Shown: positions 1-9,114 of the stretch, one piece after another | How positions within the stretch are numbered: the first letter of the stretch is position 1 | How the letters are laid out: the number at the start of each line of letters is the position of its first letter | Source: Phyllosticta citribraziliensis | Taxonomy: Eukaryota | Reading direction: 5' to 3' | Assembly: GCF_038025025.1 (NCBI RefSeq) | Contig: NW_027117353.1 | Span: 310,001-374,000 of the forward strand | DNA: 64,000 nucleotides | The notes under the pieces: generated by a model | Databases searched by the model: none | Told to the model about the DNA's origin: nothing | The model's input: only the letters and a program-made list of their open reading frames with translations | Program-made: the position numbers and the translations under genes

Positions 1-198
1 TCCCACCGTCGTTATAAGCGCGGCCACGTCGTTGCCGAGAACTTTGCCCCCGGCGAGGAGGGCGCGCGCCAGGTCAAGGAGATTCTGAGCCGCGTCCGCG
101 GTATGCTCGTCGAGATGCCGCTGCTCTTCCTCAAGGACGAGGATGTTGCGGAGGAGGGCTTGAGCTTGAACGCCTTTACCGAAACGATTTACACCTAA
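1..198 (+). CDS. 3' end of a phospholipase D (gene starts before the window)
   Basis: Frame 1 reads SHRRYKRGHVVAENFAPGEEGARQVKEILSRVRGMLVEMPLLFLKDEDVAEEGLSLNAFTETIYT*, with TAA at 196-198. The 'LSRVRGxLVEMPLxFL...EGLSLNAFTExIYT' ending is typical of fungal PLD C-termini. Confidence 0.8.
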   Translation, partial: SHRRYKRGHVVAENFAPGEEGARQVKEILSRVRGMLVEMPLLFLKDEDVAEEGLSLNAFTETIYT

Positions 199-697
199 GC
201 ATGCACTCTGTAGCATACTGTACGTAGTCGCTGAGCGACTGTGCGAGTGGATGTTTGATTGCATTGCGGATTGCTGGACTGGCTAAATTGCTGATACTCT
301 GCTGCGATGGCATAGCGTGGCGTAGTAGGCACGAGACGAGGCGCTTGTCTCTTTGGCGACTGAACACCTAGGACACTCCTTTGCGTACATCAAAGCCTAA
401 ACTACCATGAATTGATGAATCATGACTACCTTCTCTGTCTGCATTTCGTTGTGTTTCCTCGCGTCCTAGCTGTACTACGGTCACCTGACCCGGTCTCTAA
501 TCGTTCTGTTTCCCTTCCTCTTAGGCTCATTCACAAGCTTGTCCGCAGTATAATCTCTACCCAAGAAATCTGAGGTAAGGCATCCTCGGCCCAAGCGGAT
601 CTGCGTGAAAACACGAATGCGAATGGGCTCACAAGCAGGGAGAAGAATACCAAGGCTGCTGAGTGGGTAGGCGAATCAATGAGGAAATCATGCAAAT

Positions 698-1148
698 ACA
701 ATCAGGGAGGTCTTGTGAATGGAGTGCGATAGCCGGGAAGGGAGCAAGAATATGGGTACCACAATACTAACATGCTTCGGCTTGCTTCTTGGGATGGAGC
801 GTGTGACCGTCTTCGTCTGGCGGTGCGCCCACATCGGCGAGCCTAGATCACATCTGACAATCGTATGTCATCTCTTTCTGAATGCACTTGAAAAGGAGCT
901 GTTGATAGGGATTTGCTTTTTGGTCAACAACAATGTATATGCTGTTAAAGGCGCGTTGGCACTTGGCCAAAGGTTGAATCGAACAATCAACACGGAGCGA
1001 AATTCAGATAGCAATTTCGATGATAACGGAACCCGATATTTGGTTTGTAGTGAAGGCTTTTGTCGCGTGAACGAAGGGTGGTTGGTCGCCCGCTTCGGTC
1101 GACGTGGACAATACCAAGGGGGCGCGACAATACTAACGCAGGAACAAT
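698..1148 (+). promoter_or_regulatory. Cluster of eight same-strand ACAAT (HMG-box-like) motifs upstream of the pheromone ORF
   Basis: ACAAT starts at 698, 761, 857, 930, 983, 1108, 1127 and 1144. Three are AACAAT, and ACAATACTAAC occurs identically at 761-771 and 1127-1137. SOX/MATA-type HMG domains bind (A/T)ACAAT or AACAAAG cores. Confidence 0.55.
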
Positions 1149-1332
1149 ATCAACACCATGCCAAGATGAGAATCACCGTTGATTCTTTCAACGCCACCAC
1201 TTCATTCCATCCGACAGACAAACCCTCGACCATCCAGACCCTCCAAACTCTTTGTTCGTAACCTCGGACGCAATCAGAATTGCCATACTCGACCCAAGGT
1301 CTTGCTACTGCAGGATGGACTCCCAGTTCGAG

Positions 1333-1338
1333 TATAAA
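1333..1338 (+). promoter_or_regulatory. TATA box of the pheromone precursor gene
   Basis: TATAAA lies 183 nt upstream of ATG 1516 and is followed by a pyrimidine/CA-rich leader. The start context is AAAATG. Confidence 0.55.
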
Positions 1339-1515
1339 TCTCGCTCGACTTCGACGACCAGAGACTTTTTTCTTCATCCCACAACTTCCAACTCATTTCC
1401 AAACCAACTTTCCAAGTAAGCCATCCAGCGAGCCTTCTCTCCTGATCTGGCATCATCTGCGGGGCAATCACTCACCAGAGCAAACAGGTTCTCCAACTTC
1501 AATCCAATCGCTAAA

Positions 1516-1722
1516 ATGGTTTCCCAAATCATCGCCGCTCCCGTCAACCAGGGCTCCAACGTCGACATGTACGGCTGCACTGTCCAGAGCAACGAGCCCG
1601 TCAACCGCGGTTCCAACGTCGACATGTACGGCTGCACCGTCCAGAACGCTGAGCCCGTCAATGAGGAGAAGTTGATCCGCAAGGGAAAGCTCGTCGACAT
1701 GTACGGCTGCTCCGTCATGTAA
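1516..1722 (+). CDS. Repeat-containing a-class/hybrid-type lipopeptide pheromone precursor (68 aa, C-terminal CAAX CSVM)
   Basis: MVSQIIAAPVNQGSNVDMYGCTVQSNEPVNRGSNVDMYGCTVQNAEPVNEEKLIRKGKLVDMYGCSVM*. It has no signal peptide, a terminal CAAX box, three VDMYGC(T/S)V(Q/M) copies and strong C-ending codon bias. Differences between the repeats include synonymous ones. Confidence 0.8.
   Translation: MVSQIIAAPVNQGSNVDMYGCTVQSNEPVNRGSNVDMYGCTVQNAEPVNEEKLIRKGKLVDMYGCSVM
1540..1710 (+). repeat. 57-bp coding tandem repeat (2 full units plus a diverged third) within the pheromone ORF
   Basis: Units lie at 1540-1596 and 1597-1653. The 18-nt core GTCGACATGTACGGCTGC is identical at 1561, 1618 and 1693. 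Confidence 0.95.
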
Positions 1723-1794
1723 ATCTCCCCACACGACGACACTGCACCTGCGCAACGCTGCACCGAGTAGTGTGCGGCCGCGGCGGTCCCGGAT

Positions 1795-2011
1795 GACTGG
1801 TCCCTCTTCTCTTTCTCGCGCTGCTGCTGTCGTCTGCTGCGCTCCTCGCGAATCCGACTCGACCCTTTCGGACGGCTGTCATCCAATAGTCTTTGCGGAT
1901 ACGGTGTCTGACGAGCCCCTGTCGGATACGAATCCGCCTTTTCCGCCTCGTTCGGCGCGAAGGGGCTGATTTGAGCGCTTCTTTTTCGACACTAGCAGCG
2001 GCGGACCAGTC
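1795..2011 (+). other. Nested multibranch RNA secondary-structure element in the presumed 3' UTR of the pheromone gene
   Basis: Nested complementary pairs: 1795-1803/2003-2011 (9 bp), 1819-1825/1994-2000, 1828-1832/1987-1991, 1839-1844/1973-1978, 1846-1850/1956-1960. They enclose three hairpins, some with G-U pairs on the + strand. Confidence 0.6.
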
Positions 2012-3159
2012 TCTCTCGACTTTCTTCCCCTCTGCGACCAACCATTTACGACGAACACTTTTGCGAAGACCAAACACCTAGAATACTCAAAAACAACCAA
2101 AAAAATTACGGCTTGGAAAACCTCTCTCCCCCCCCAGATTGGAAATCTGTTGGACTGGCGCCCGGCGGTCAACCCCCCTTCTTGTTGATATTGGGATCTC
2201 ATAAAATTCAAAAAAGAAACAACCACGGGCGCCATCTTCTTCTTCTTGGAAAAACGACAAAACTTTTTACTCATAGGAGATGCCGCTGCGATTCTCGAGT
2301 GCGGGTGTATGCCTGCGCTTTTTTTTCTTTTTTCGGTTGGTCGGGCTTGTTTAGAAATCTCTTCCTCATAGATAGATGGATGAATGGAGTCCTGTCCTGC
2401 TACCTGGCTTGTTCAATGGTTTGTGAGTGATGATGTGGTCGTGGAAAGGCGGTGTAGCTCAGGGCGAGCGCCGTGACTGGACGGGGATCGCAAGTAACTT
2501 GGTTTTGGCCAAGTCCTGGGCTGTCGTGGTGTCGATCTCGGACACGGCTTGACCACGCAAGATAAGCATCGATTGGAATCTCGACGCATCAGACATTGTT
2601 TCTTGGTGTTGGTGACGAGTGTCGATGCAAGTTGGAAGATTATGGCGCAGAGTAGAGACCAGAAGAGGGCCATGCAGGTGGGGGAGTCGGAAGCCGGAAC
2701 GTCGCGTTGATGGCTGGCTGGGGTCAGCGCCACGCCACGCCACGCCACGCACCACCAGGACCAGGACCAGGACCCAGGGAAGGGAGCTGTGCCACCCTTC
2801 TGTCTGGACCACCGCTCCCGCGACACTTTGTTTCTCGCAACTTGACCCATATAGTTAGACGGGCTGCTTGCCTGAGCCTCAACAACATCATCTTCTCCCA
2901 CGGCCACCCTCCTCGCCGGACCCTCGCTCGACTCTGCGTAATGTCGCGATAGCCGCCGCCCTCGTCCGCAGCACTCGCCGCCGCAACCCAGCAATTCCTC
3001 CGCCGACCTCCTAGGCCCCAGAATACCTAACCCCCTCGAATATCTTCTACCCACCGCTCCGCTCCTAGAACCAGACATCCTACCGAATCCTGCGTCTGCG
3101 TCCGCGCCTCGCAGCTCTGCTCCGGCAGCTTCGTCCTCCGCCCGCAGTCCGGCCACGCC

Positions 3160-5160
3160 ATGGCCACATTCGCATCTCCGTCGCCTCCATCCTCCCCCTC
3201 ATACGCAATGCCTCGCCGGAATTGGGCACGGAAGTGCGAGAGATATTGCTGCCGAATATTTGCCTACTTTCCGCTGTCAGTAGTCTACGGTCTGACGACG
3301 TGGGCGGCCTGGGTATGCTGGCAGATTGGGGTGCATGCTCCCAATACTCCATCCCATTGTAAGGACAATTTTTTCTGTTTTTTTGGTGCAGGACGGCAAG
3401 TGTTGCTATGAAGATTGGCATGCGCTTACGCTTCGGATATAGACTATGTGACTGCGCTGCTGGCGTGGTTCCTCTACGCATTGCTCAACTGGAGCTACAC
3501 TATGGCCGTCTTTACGGACCCGGGATCGCCTATTGATGGTGTCAAAGGCGGCTACAGCTCGCTGCCGACAACGGAGCAGTCGATACCGCACACGTCGTTT
3601 ACGGTCAAGGCGAACGGGGAGCTGCGCTATTGTAAAAAGTGCCAGACAAAGAAACCGGACCGCGCGCATCATTGCTCCACCTGCGGGCGGTGCGTATTGA
3701 AAATGGACCACCATTGTCCGTGGCTGGCCGCTTGCGTGGGCCTGCGCAACTACAAGCCATTTTTATTGTTCCTCGTATACCTGTCATTGTTCTGCTGGGC
3801 GTGCTTCGCCAATTCCGGCAGCTGGTGCTGGAACCAGTTCACAAACGATGACTATATGGACAGCTTCTTGCCCATCAACTACATCATCCTGGCAGTCATC
3901 GCAGGCATAGTCGGCCTGGTCATGACTGGCTTCACTGCCTGGCACGTCCACCTCGCCACCCGCAACCTGACGACGATAGAATCTCTGGAAAAGACGCGCT
4001 ACCTCTCGCCGCTGCGCAAGTCCTTCCAGCACTTTACGGCCTCGTCTCAGCGCAACTACGTCAACGACCCGCAGTCGCGGCCTTCGATCGGCGAACAGCT
4101 GCTCGAAATCCACGCCAACGCCCTCCCCGGCGTGACGCGCCCCGAAGAAGGCGAGGACCAGCGCGCCGTCTCCCCCGCGCAGCAGTCCCTCCACCGCAAC
4201 TGGGTATCGCTTGAAGCCGCACGCGAGCGCGACCGCTACAACGAATACCTGGACGAGCTCGACAGCGAGAAGCTGCCCAACGCCTTCGACCTGGGCTGGC
4301 GCCGCAACCTGACGCACGTGCTAGGCCCGGTGCCGTACCTCTGGGCGCTGCCCATCTGCAACACCACCGGCGACGGCTGGTACTGGGAAGCCAGTCCGGA
4401 TTGGATCGCCGCCCGCAAGCGCATCGCCGACGAGCGCTTCGCCGCCATGCAGCGCCAAAAGGCCCGCGAGCGCGCCGCCGGCTGGGGTATCGAGAGCCCC
4501 CCTGGCAGCCCCGGCGCCCCTGGGCAACCCCCTTCGCCCCCTGTCATCACGCGCACGCATCTCACCGCCAACCGGAACGCACCCACCGCTGATCCAATCA
4601 CCAACCGCTCCGGCTCGTCGGCGTCGCCGCCCCATCCCAGCTCCGCATGGCATAACCGGCCCCTGGCTGCGGCCGGCCGCAACACGCGCTTCCTGACGAC
4701 GAGCTCGGGCATAGCAGCCGTGCCGCGCGAGGGCCGCCGCTCGCCCAGCAAGGCTGACCAGATCCTGGGCCGCGCGCCGGGCCTGTACAGCGATGACGAT
4801 CCATCGTCGGCGGGGGCGGCGGCCAACGGCGGCGGCGCGGCAGTGCAGATGCAGGAGATGCGGAGGAGGCGGTATGATGATTTGTACGACGATTTGGACG
4901 ACGACGACGACGACGATGATGAAGATGAGGAGGAGGGAGATGGCGCGAGGCGCGCTGAGCTGGCGGCGACCAAGATGACCGTTGCGCCTGCGAATGGCGG
5001 CACCACAACATCGTCGCAGGCGCAGACGCAAAACTGGAACGACGTCCCGGCCGACATGGTGGCAGCGGCGGGCTCCAACAAACCAAAGACGTGGCGCGGC
5101 CCGCGCGCGCGCAGGAGAGAGGCCGACGACGAGTGGGACGATTGGGGTCCGTCGCCGTAG
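3160..5160 (+). CDS. PFA3: DHHC palmitoyltransferase, Pfa3-type (intron 3359-3442)
   Basis: DHHC-CRD CKKCQTKKPDRAHHCSTCGRCVLKMDHHCPWLAACVGLRNYK, with TTIE and NAFDLG motifs. A GTAAGG...ATAG intron joins the 3160 and 3415 ORFs in frame. Confidence 0.88.
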
Positions 5161-6291
5161 TATGCTTGCTGACTGACTGACCGCACTCTTGTCTTTCTTC
5201 TCTCTCTTTTCTCCGCCCTCTGTGGCTGGCGGTGCTCTTGGCTCTTTGTTGGACTGTTTGGATGGACTGCTCGACTTTTGGATGTTGTGCGTGCGTGCGT
5301 GCGTGCGCATGGCTGAAGTGGCTAGGTAGGTATACGTCCATCTACCTGTCTACCTAGTCTGGCCATGTTGTGTTCTGCCTTTCCTTTTGTAGTATAAACA
5401 GCGTACGCGGGTGGGTGCTGGGTAAAAGAGCGTCCAACAGAAAGGCAGGCAGATGGCGTCGGCCATGGTTTTGACACTTTCCATTCCAGCCGCTTGCTCG
5501 TCCCGCTCGTTCGTTTCGTCTCATTTCGTTTGGGATAAAAGTCGTTCACGCTTTTCAGCTTTCACCTGACGCTGTCGCGTCTGTCCACCTACCCCATTCT
5601 GTTGCGGTTTCTCACCTCGGTCCAAGGCGCTTCTTTATATCTATCCGGATCAGACGGACTGTGGGCCGTGGATGGAGGGGTGGATGGATGGATGGATGGA
5701 TGGGTCAGCGTTGCATACCGTGTAGGAGTGGTGTCAAGATTGTACTGTACATAGAAAGAGACAACACGCAGTGAATTGTAGAAAGAGAGTCACATGGACG
5801 CAAGAAAGAGAGCAAAAAGTGGAAAGGCGGGAGACTGATGTAGGTGTGGCCAAGAAGATGAACGATTTTGTGAACAGGGACATTGGATCCATAATCTGAT
5901 TTGATTTGGATGCATCGTCATGATGTTTGTGTGTGGCTGTGGTTATGCTGCTTCGACGCTGCTTTTGTGCTTTCATCCTTGCTTGTTTGTCTCTCTGTCT
6001 GCCTGACACACTGTCTGTCTGTCTGACACTAACCAATACACCCGGGTATAACGAAGCCTCTGAACAAGTGGAAAAAGAAGGGAAAAATGCTGTGCCGTCA
6101 CCATCTGCACGACTGCTGCGGGAAGAGAGGGAAGGCGTAGGGGGAAAAGCGCGAGGGCAGGGTGCAGATGCGTAGTGTTGAACAAACAGACAACAGACAA
6201 CGCGACGACTAGACACCACACCGACCCTACACCAGCACTCCCACCCCCACGCGGCCCATCCCAGCGTACGCGCCACCAGTACCACCAAGCT

Positions 6292-8565
6292 CTACTCGTC
6301 GTCATCGTCATCATCGTCATCATCAGCATCAGGGACGTCCGCCCAGCCCGAGCCCCACCGTCTCCCCTCGCCCTCACCACCACGCCTCAAGTCGCGCGCC
6401 AGCGCCGCGTCCTCGCGCCAGCAGCGCGCCGAGTAGTCGTCGCCGATGCTGACCAGGTCGCCCTCGCTGGTCCACGTCAAACTGGTGACTTCCTTGAGGT
6501 GGCCGCGGACGAGCGGCGTCCCGTGGTGCGAGAAGATGGGCAGCGAGTCGGCCATGCGCGGGCTCATTGGCGACGCGATGGGAGTGATGTCGTTGTTGCT
6601 GCTGCGCCGCCGCGACGCCGCGGCGTACGACGTGCGGTTGAGGAGGGACGTGGAGAGGAGAGACGAGCGCGCCGATGTGGAGAAGGTTTGAAAGCTGCGA
6701 GGCGGTTCGGCGTTGGCGGCGACCGCGTCGATGCGGCGGCGCAGCATCGTCTCGTCCGTGGGAAAGACGACTGGGCAGCCGTCGCTCGAGCCCACCGCCA
6801 GACATTCAACCTTGTCGCCGCGTGCCCGCCGCAGCGCCGTCTTGACCCAAAAGCTCGTCACGTGCAGGCGCGGATGGCGGAGGCCGTACAGGGGCCCGAG
6901 ACCGCATTTGTCCACGGCACCGCTGCGACGACGCTCGCTGGTGCGCTCGCCGAGTTCGGGCGCGTGGCCGAGCACCAGGTGGCTCGTTGAGTAGGCGTAG
7001 ACGGTGTTATCGCGGCTCAGGGCGTAGAGGCGGTCTCCGGCACCGGAAAAAGATATCGAATTGATGCCAAACTTTCGATGCTTGGAGTGCGATTCGGGCT
7101 GGCGGGTCGTGGCGATGGGGATGGCGCGACGGTTGTAGCGGCCGCGAATGTCCCACAGTTTGACGGCTGTCGAGGCTTCGGATGCGGTGACGAGGAGGTG
7201 TGAACGGGAGGGGAGGTTAAGAAAGGAGAGGGCAGTGATGGAGACGTCGCCGCGTCGTGAGTGAACATCGGATTTGGAGGCTGCGTCGCGGGTTGTAGAG
7301 GCCTGAGAGGTCATATTAAGCGTGTTGTTTGGAGCGTGTGCGCCGCTGATAACATTGTAAGTGCTAGCACACGTAACGCGGTGCAAGTTGTCTGATGGTT
7401 GGCCATCAAAGTTTGTCTGTAGGGAGTGAATTACACCTTCGGAACCTTTGCAGCGCAGGTCCCATAGCCGCACGGTGCCGTCACGACTCGAGGTTGCGAG
7501 GACATTATCATTGTCCGGTTGGAAGCAGACTTGCTTGACAGAAGACTGGTGGCCGTTCTGACCGCCCATGACATAGGTCGTCTGCTGGGTCCGGACGTCG
7601 ATGACATGACCCGTCTGGTCTCCGGATGCGGTGGCCAGCGAATAGTCATCAGACGAGAATGCAACGTCCATGACGGCATTGCTGTGCGGACGGAACTTGA
7701 CATGGGCTTGTGAGAATGGTGGTTTGCTGTCTTTTGCCGACTCTAGTAACATTATAGTCCCATCTTCGTCTCCAATTGCAACCATGGAATTTGCTGCAGT
7801 CCACGTTAGCTCGGATGGAAAGAATCTAAAGTAGAAGTACTCACTGTTGCAGCTGGCTGTGCAGAAAGGAATGTCGTTTCTGAAGACGTGTCTATCTTCC
7901 GGCCGGCTGCAAAAGTTGGCTGTCTGATCCTGCCACACCCCGCAGTGATCGTACATTCTGCCTCGACCAATGGCTCGACTACCGCCAAAGGAGCGCGATA
8001 GAATTCGGCCGGTCTGTCCAGAAATGGGAGCCCTCTTGATGGGTATTGGGGGAATATCATCCTCCTCGTCTTCTTCTAGAATGGTGGTTTCGGCATCGGA
8101 GGCCACGTCGTTGGAATCTGGAAGGTCGAAGGTGACGGAAAAGCCATGCTCTCTTGGCCTCTTGGATGGGGAAGGCTGGATGGGGGAGCTTTCAGGGGAC
8201 GGCAACAGCTTCCGCTTCCTGTGGTGCTCGACTTTTGGGGTGGAGTAATTCTCCTGGCCGGGGACATGGCTGTCGGAGAAGACGACGGTTCTCCTGGGAG
8301 TGGGCTTCTTGCGATTGATGGCATTACGGGTAATGTCACGCAGCTGGCGGCCGGACGAGGAGTGGGACGTGTTGCTTCTGGTGGTCCGGGGAGTAAAGAA
8401 CTTGTTGAATCGCTTCGGGGTGATTGGCGGCGGCTTCTTTGGCTTTCTCGAGGCTGGTCTCGAAGACGGTGACGAGGGCGGCGGCGGAGACGAGGCAAAG
8501 GTCTGCGAGGAGGGAGGGAGGTCCTCGTAGGGCATGGCGGAGGGTGGCGACGATGGCAAGTCCAT
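6292..8565 (-). CDS. CDT2: WD40 protein, Cdt2/DTL-like CRL4 substrate receptor (51-nt intron 7794-7844)
   Basis: WD repeats HSNAVMDVAFSSDDYSLATASGDQT, LATSSRDGTVRLWDLR and GHLKEVTSLTW follow a S/P-rich N-terminus. The GTGAGT...CTAAC...CAG intron restores CNTNSMVAIGDEDG. Confidence 0.78.
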   Translation of the reverse strand: MDLPSSPPSAMPYEDLPPSSQTFASSPPPPSSPSSRPASRKPKKPPPITPKRFNKFFTPRTTRSNTSHSSSGRQLRDITRNAINRKKPTPRRTVVFSDSHVPGQENYSTPKVEHHRKRKLLPSPESSPIQPSPSKRPREHGFSVTFDLPDSNDVASDAETTILEEDEEDDIPPIPIKRAPISGQTGRILSRSFGGSRAIGRGRMYDHCGVWQDQTANFCSRPEDRHVFRNDIPFCTASCNSEYFYFRFFPSELTWTAANSMVAIGDEDGTIMLLESAKDSKPPFSQAHVKFRPHSNAVMDVAFSSDDYSLATASGDQTGHVIDVRTQQTTYVMGGQNGHQSSVKQVCFQPDNDNVLATSSRDGTVRLWDLRCKGSEGVIHSLQTNFDGQPSDNLHRVTCASTYNVISGAHAPNNTLNMTSQASTTRDAASKSDVHSRRGDVSITALSFLNLPSRSHLLVTASEASTAVKLWDIRGRYNRRAIPIATTRQPESHSKHRKFGINSISFSGAGDRLYALSRDNTVYAYSTSHLVLGHAPELGERTSERRRSGAVDKCGLGPLYGLRHPRLHVTSFWVKTALRRARGDKVECLAVGSSDGCPVVFPTDETMLRRRIDAVAANAEPPRSFQTFSTSARSSLLSTSLLNRTSYAAASRRRSSNNDITPIASPMSPRMADSLPIFSHHGTPLVRGHLKEVTSLTWTSEGDLVSIGDDYSARCWREDAALARDLRRGGEGEGRRWGSGWADVPDADDDDDDDDDE

Positions 8566-8685
8566 GATTGCACCTCGTGTCCTAGTGGGCTATCTTCAAG
8601 AAATGCAAGGAGAAGAGATGGTGAGCGAGGTGGAAAGGTCAGAAGAGCCGGTTGGGGACATGTGGATGGGGTCCACCTGCAGAGG

Positions 8686-8756
8686 CGCGTCGCGGGTGGC
8701 GCGTCTCCGCGTTTTTGCAGCGGGCCAGGCGGCCCTAGCACAGCCGTGTGCACGCG
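8686..8756. promoter_or_regulatory. MCB-like ACGCG cluster upstream of CDT2
   Basis: CGCGT at 8686, 8700 and 8708 (ACGCG on the minus strand) and ACGCG at 8752, 120-190 nt upstream of the CDT2 ATG. Confidence 0.45.
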
Positions 8757-9114
8757 AGGAGTGGTTTAATGTCGTGTTGTTGTTGCAACACAGCGGGGAA
8801 GGACGTGCTGGAAAAGGGGCCACGACGTGTCAAAGAGCCAAGCCGTGCAGACAATTGTTCGACATGTCCAAGATGTTGAGCAATTGAAACGGTGTCCATG
8901 TGTGGCGCAGGTGGTCCAGGTGGCGTGAATCGCGAAAGCTTATCGATACCGACCTCGCGCTGGGAACGCGCTGTATCCGAAGACGGCCCGTCGGCGAATC
9001 CCATCGCCGCCAAATTTTTGGACCCATGGACCGAAAAGTTCAGGACTCTGTTGTAGATGCGCAACCACGCCGTCGAATCCGCGGCGCTCAACATCTTCCT
9101 CGTTCACCTTCAAA

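Noticed and set aside
719..1261. 180-aa + strand ORF upstream of the pheromone gene
   Set aside because: No recognisable domain or codon bias, and it overlies the ACAAT promoter array.
1516..1722. Possible fungal RiPP (dikaritin/KEP) precursor
   Set aside because: There is no signal peptide, no KR-flanked cores and no UstY/DUF3328 or other tailoring gene nearby. The terminal CAAX fits a lipopeptide pheromone better.
1280..1886. Alternative-frame and antisense ORFs carrying repeats (PTSTCTAA, WTVQPYMSTLEP, AAVHVDVG)
   Set aside because: These are shadows of the 57-bp repeat. Only the 1516 frame has an ATG in good context, synonymous variation between repeats and a terminal CAAX.
4236..5341. 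Several 250-330 aa antisense ORFs over the PFA3 3' half
   Set aside because: High GC suppresses stop codons. The products are low complexity and antisense to a clear gene.
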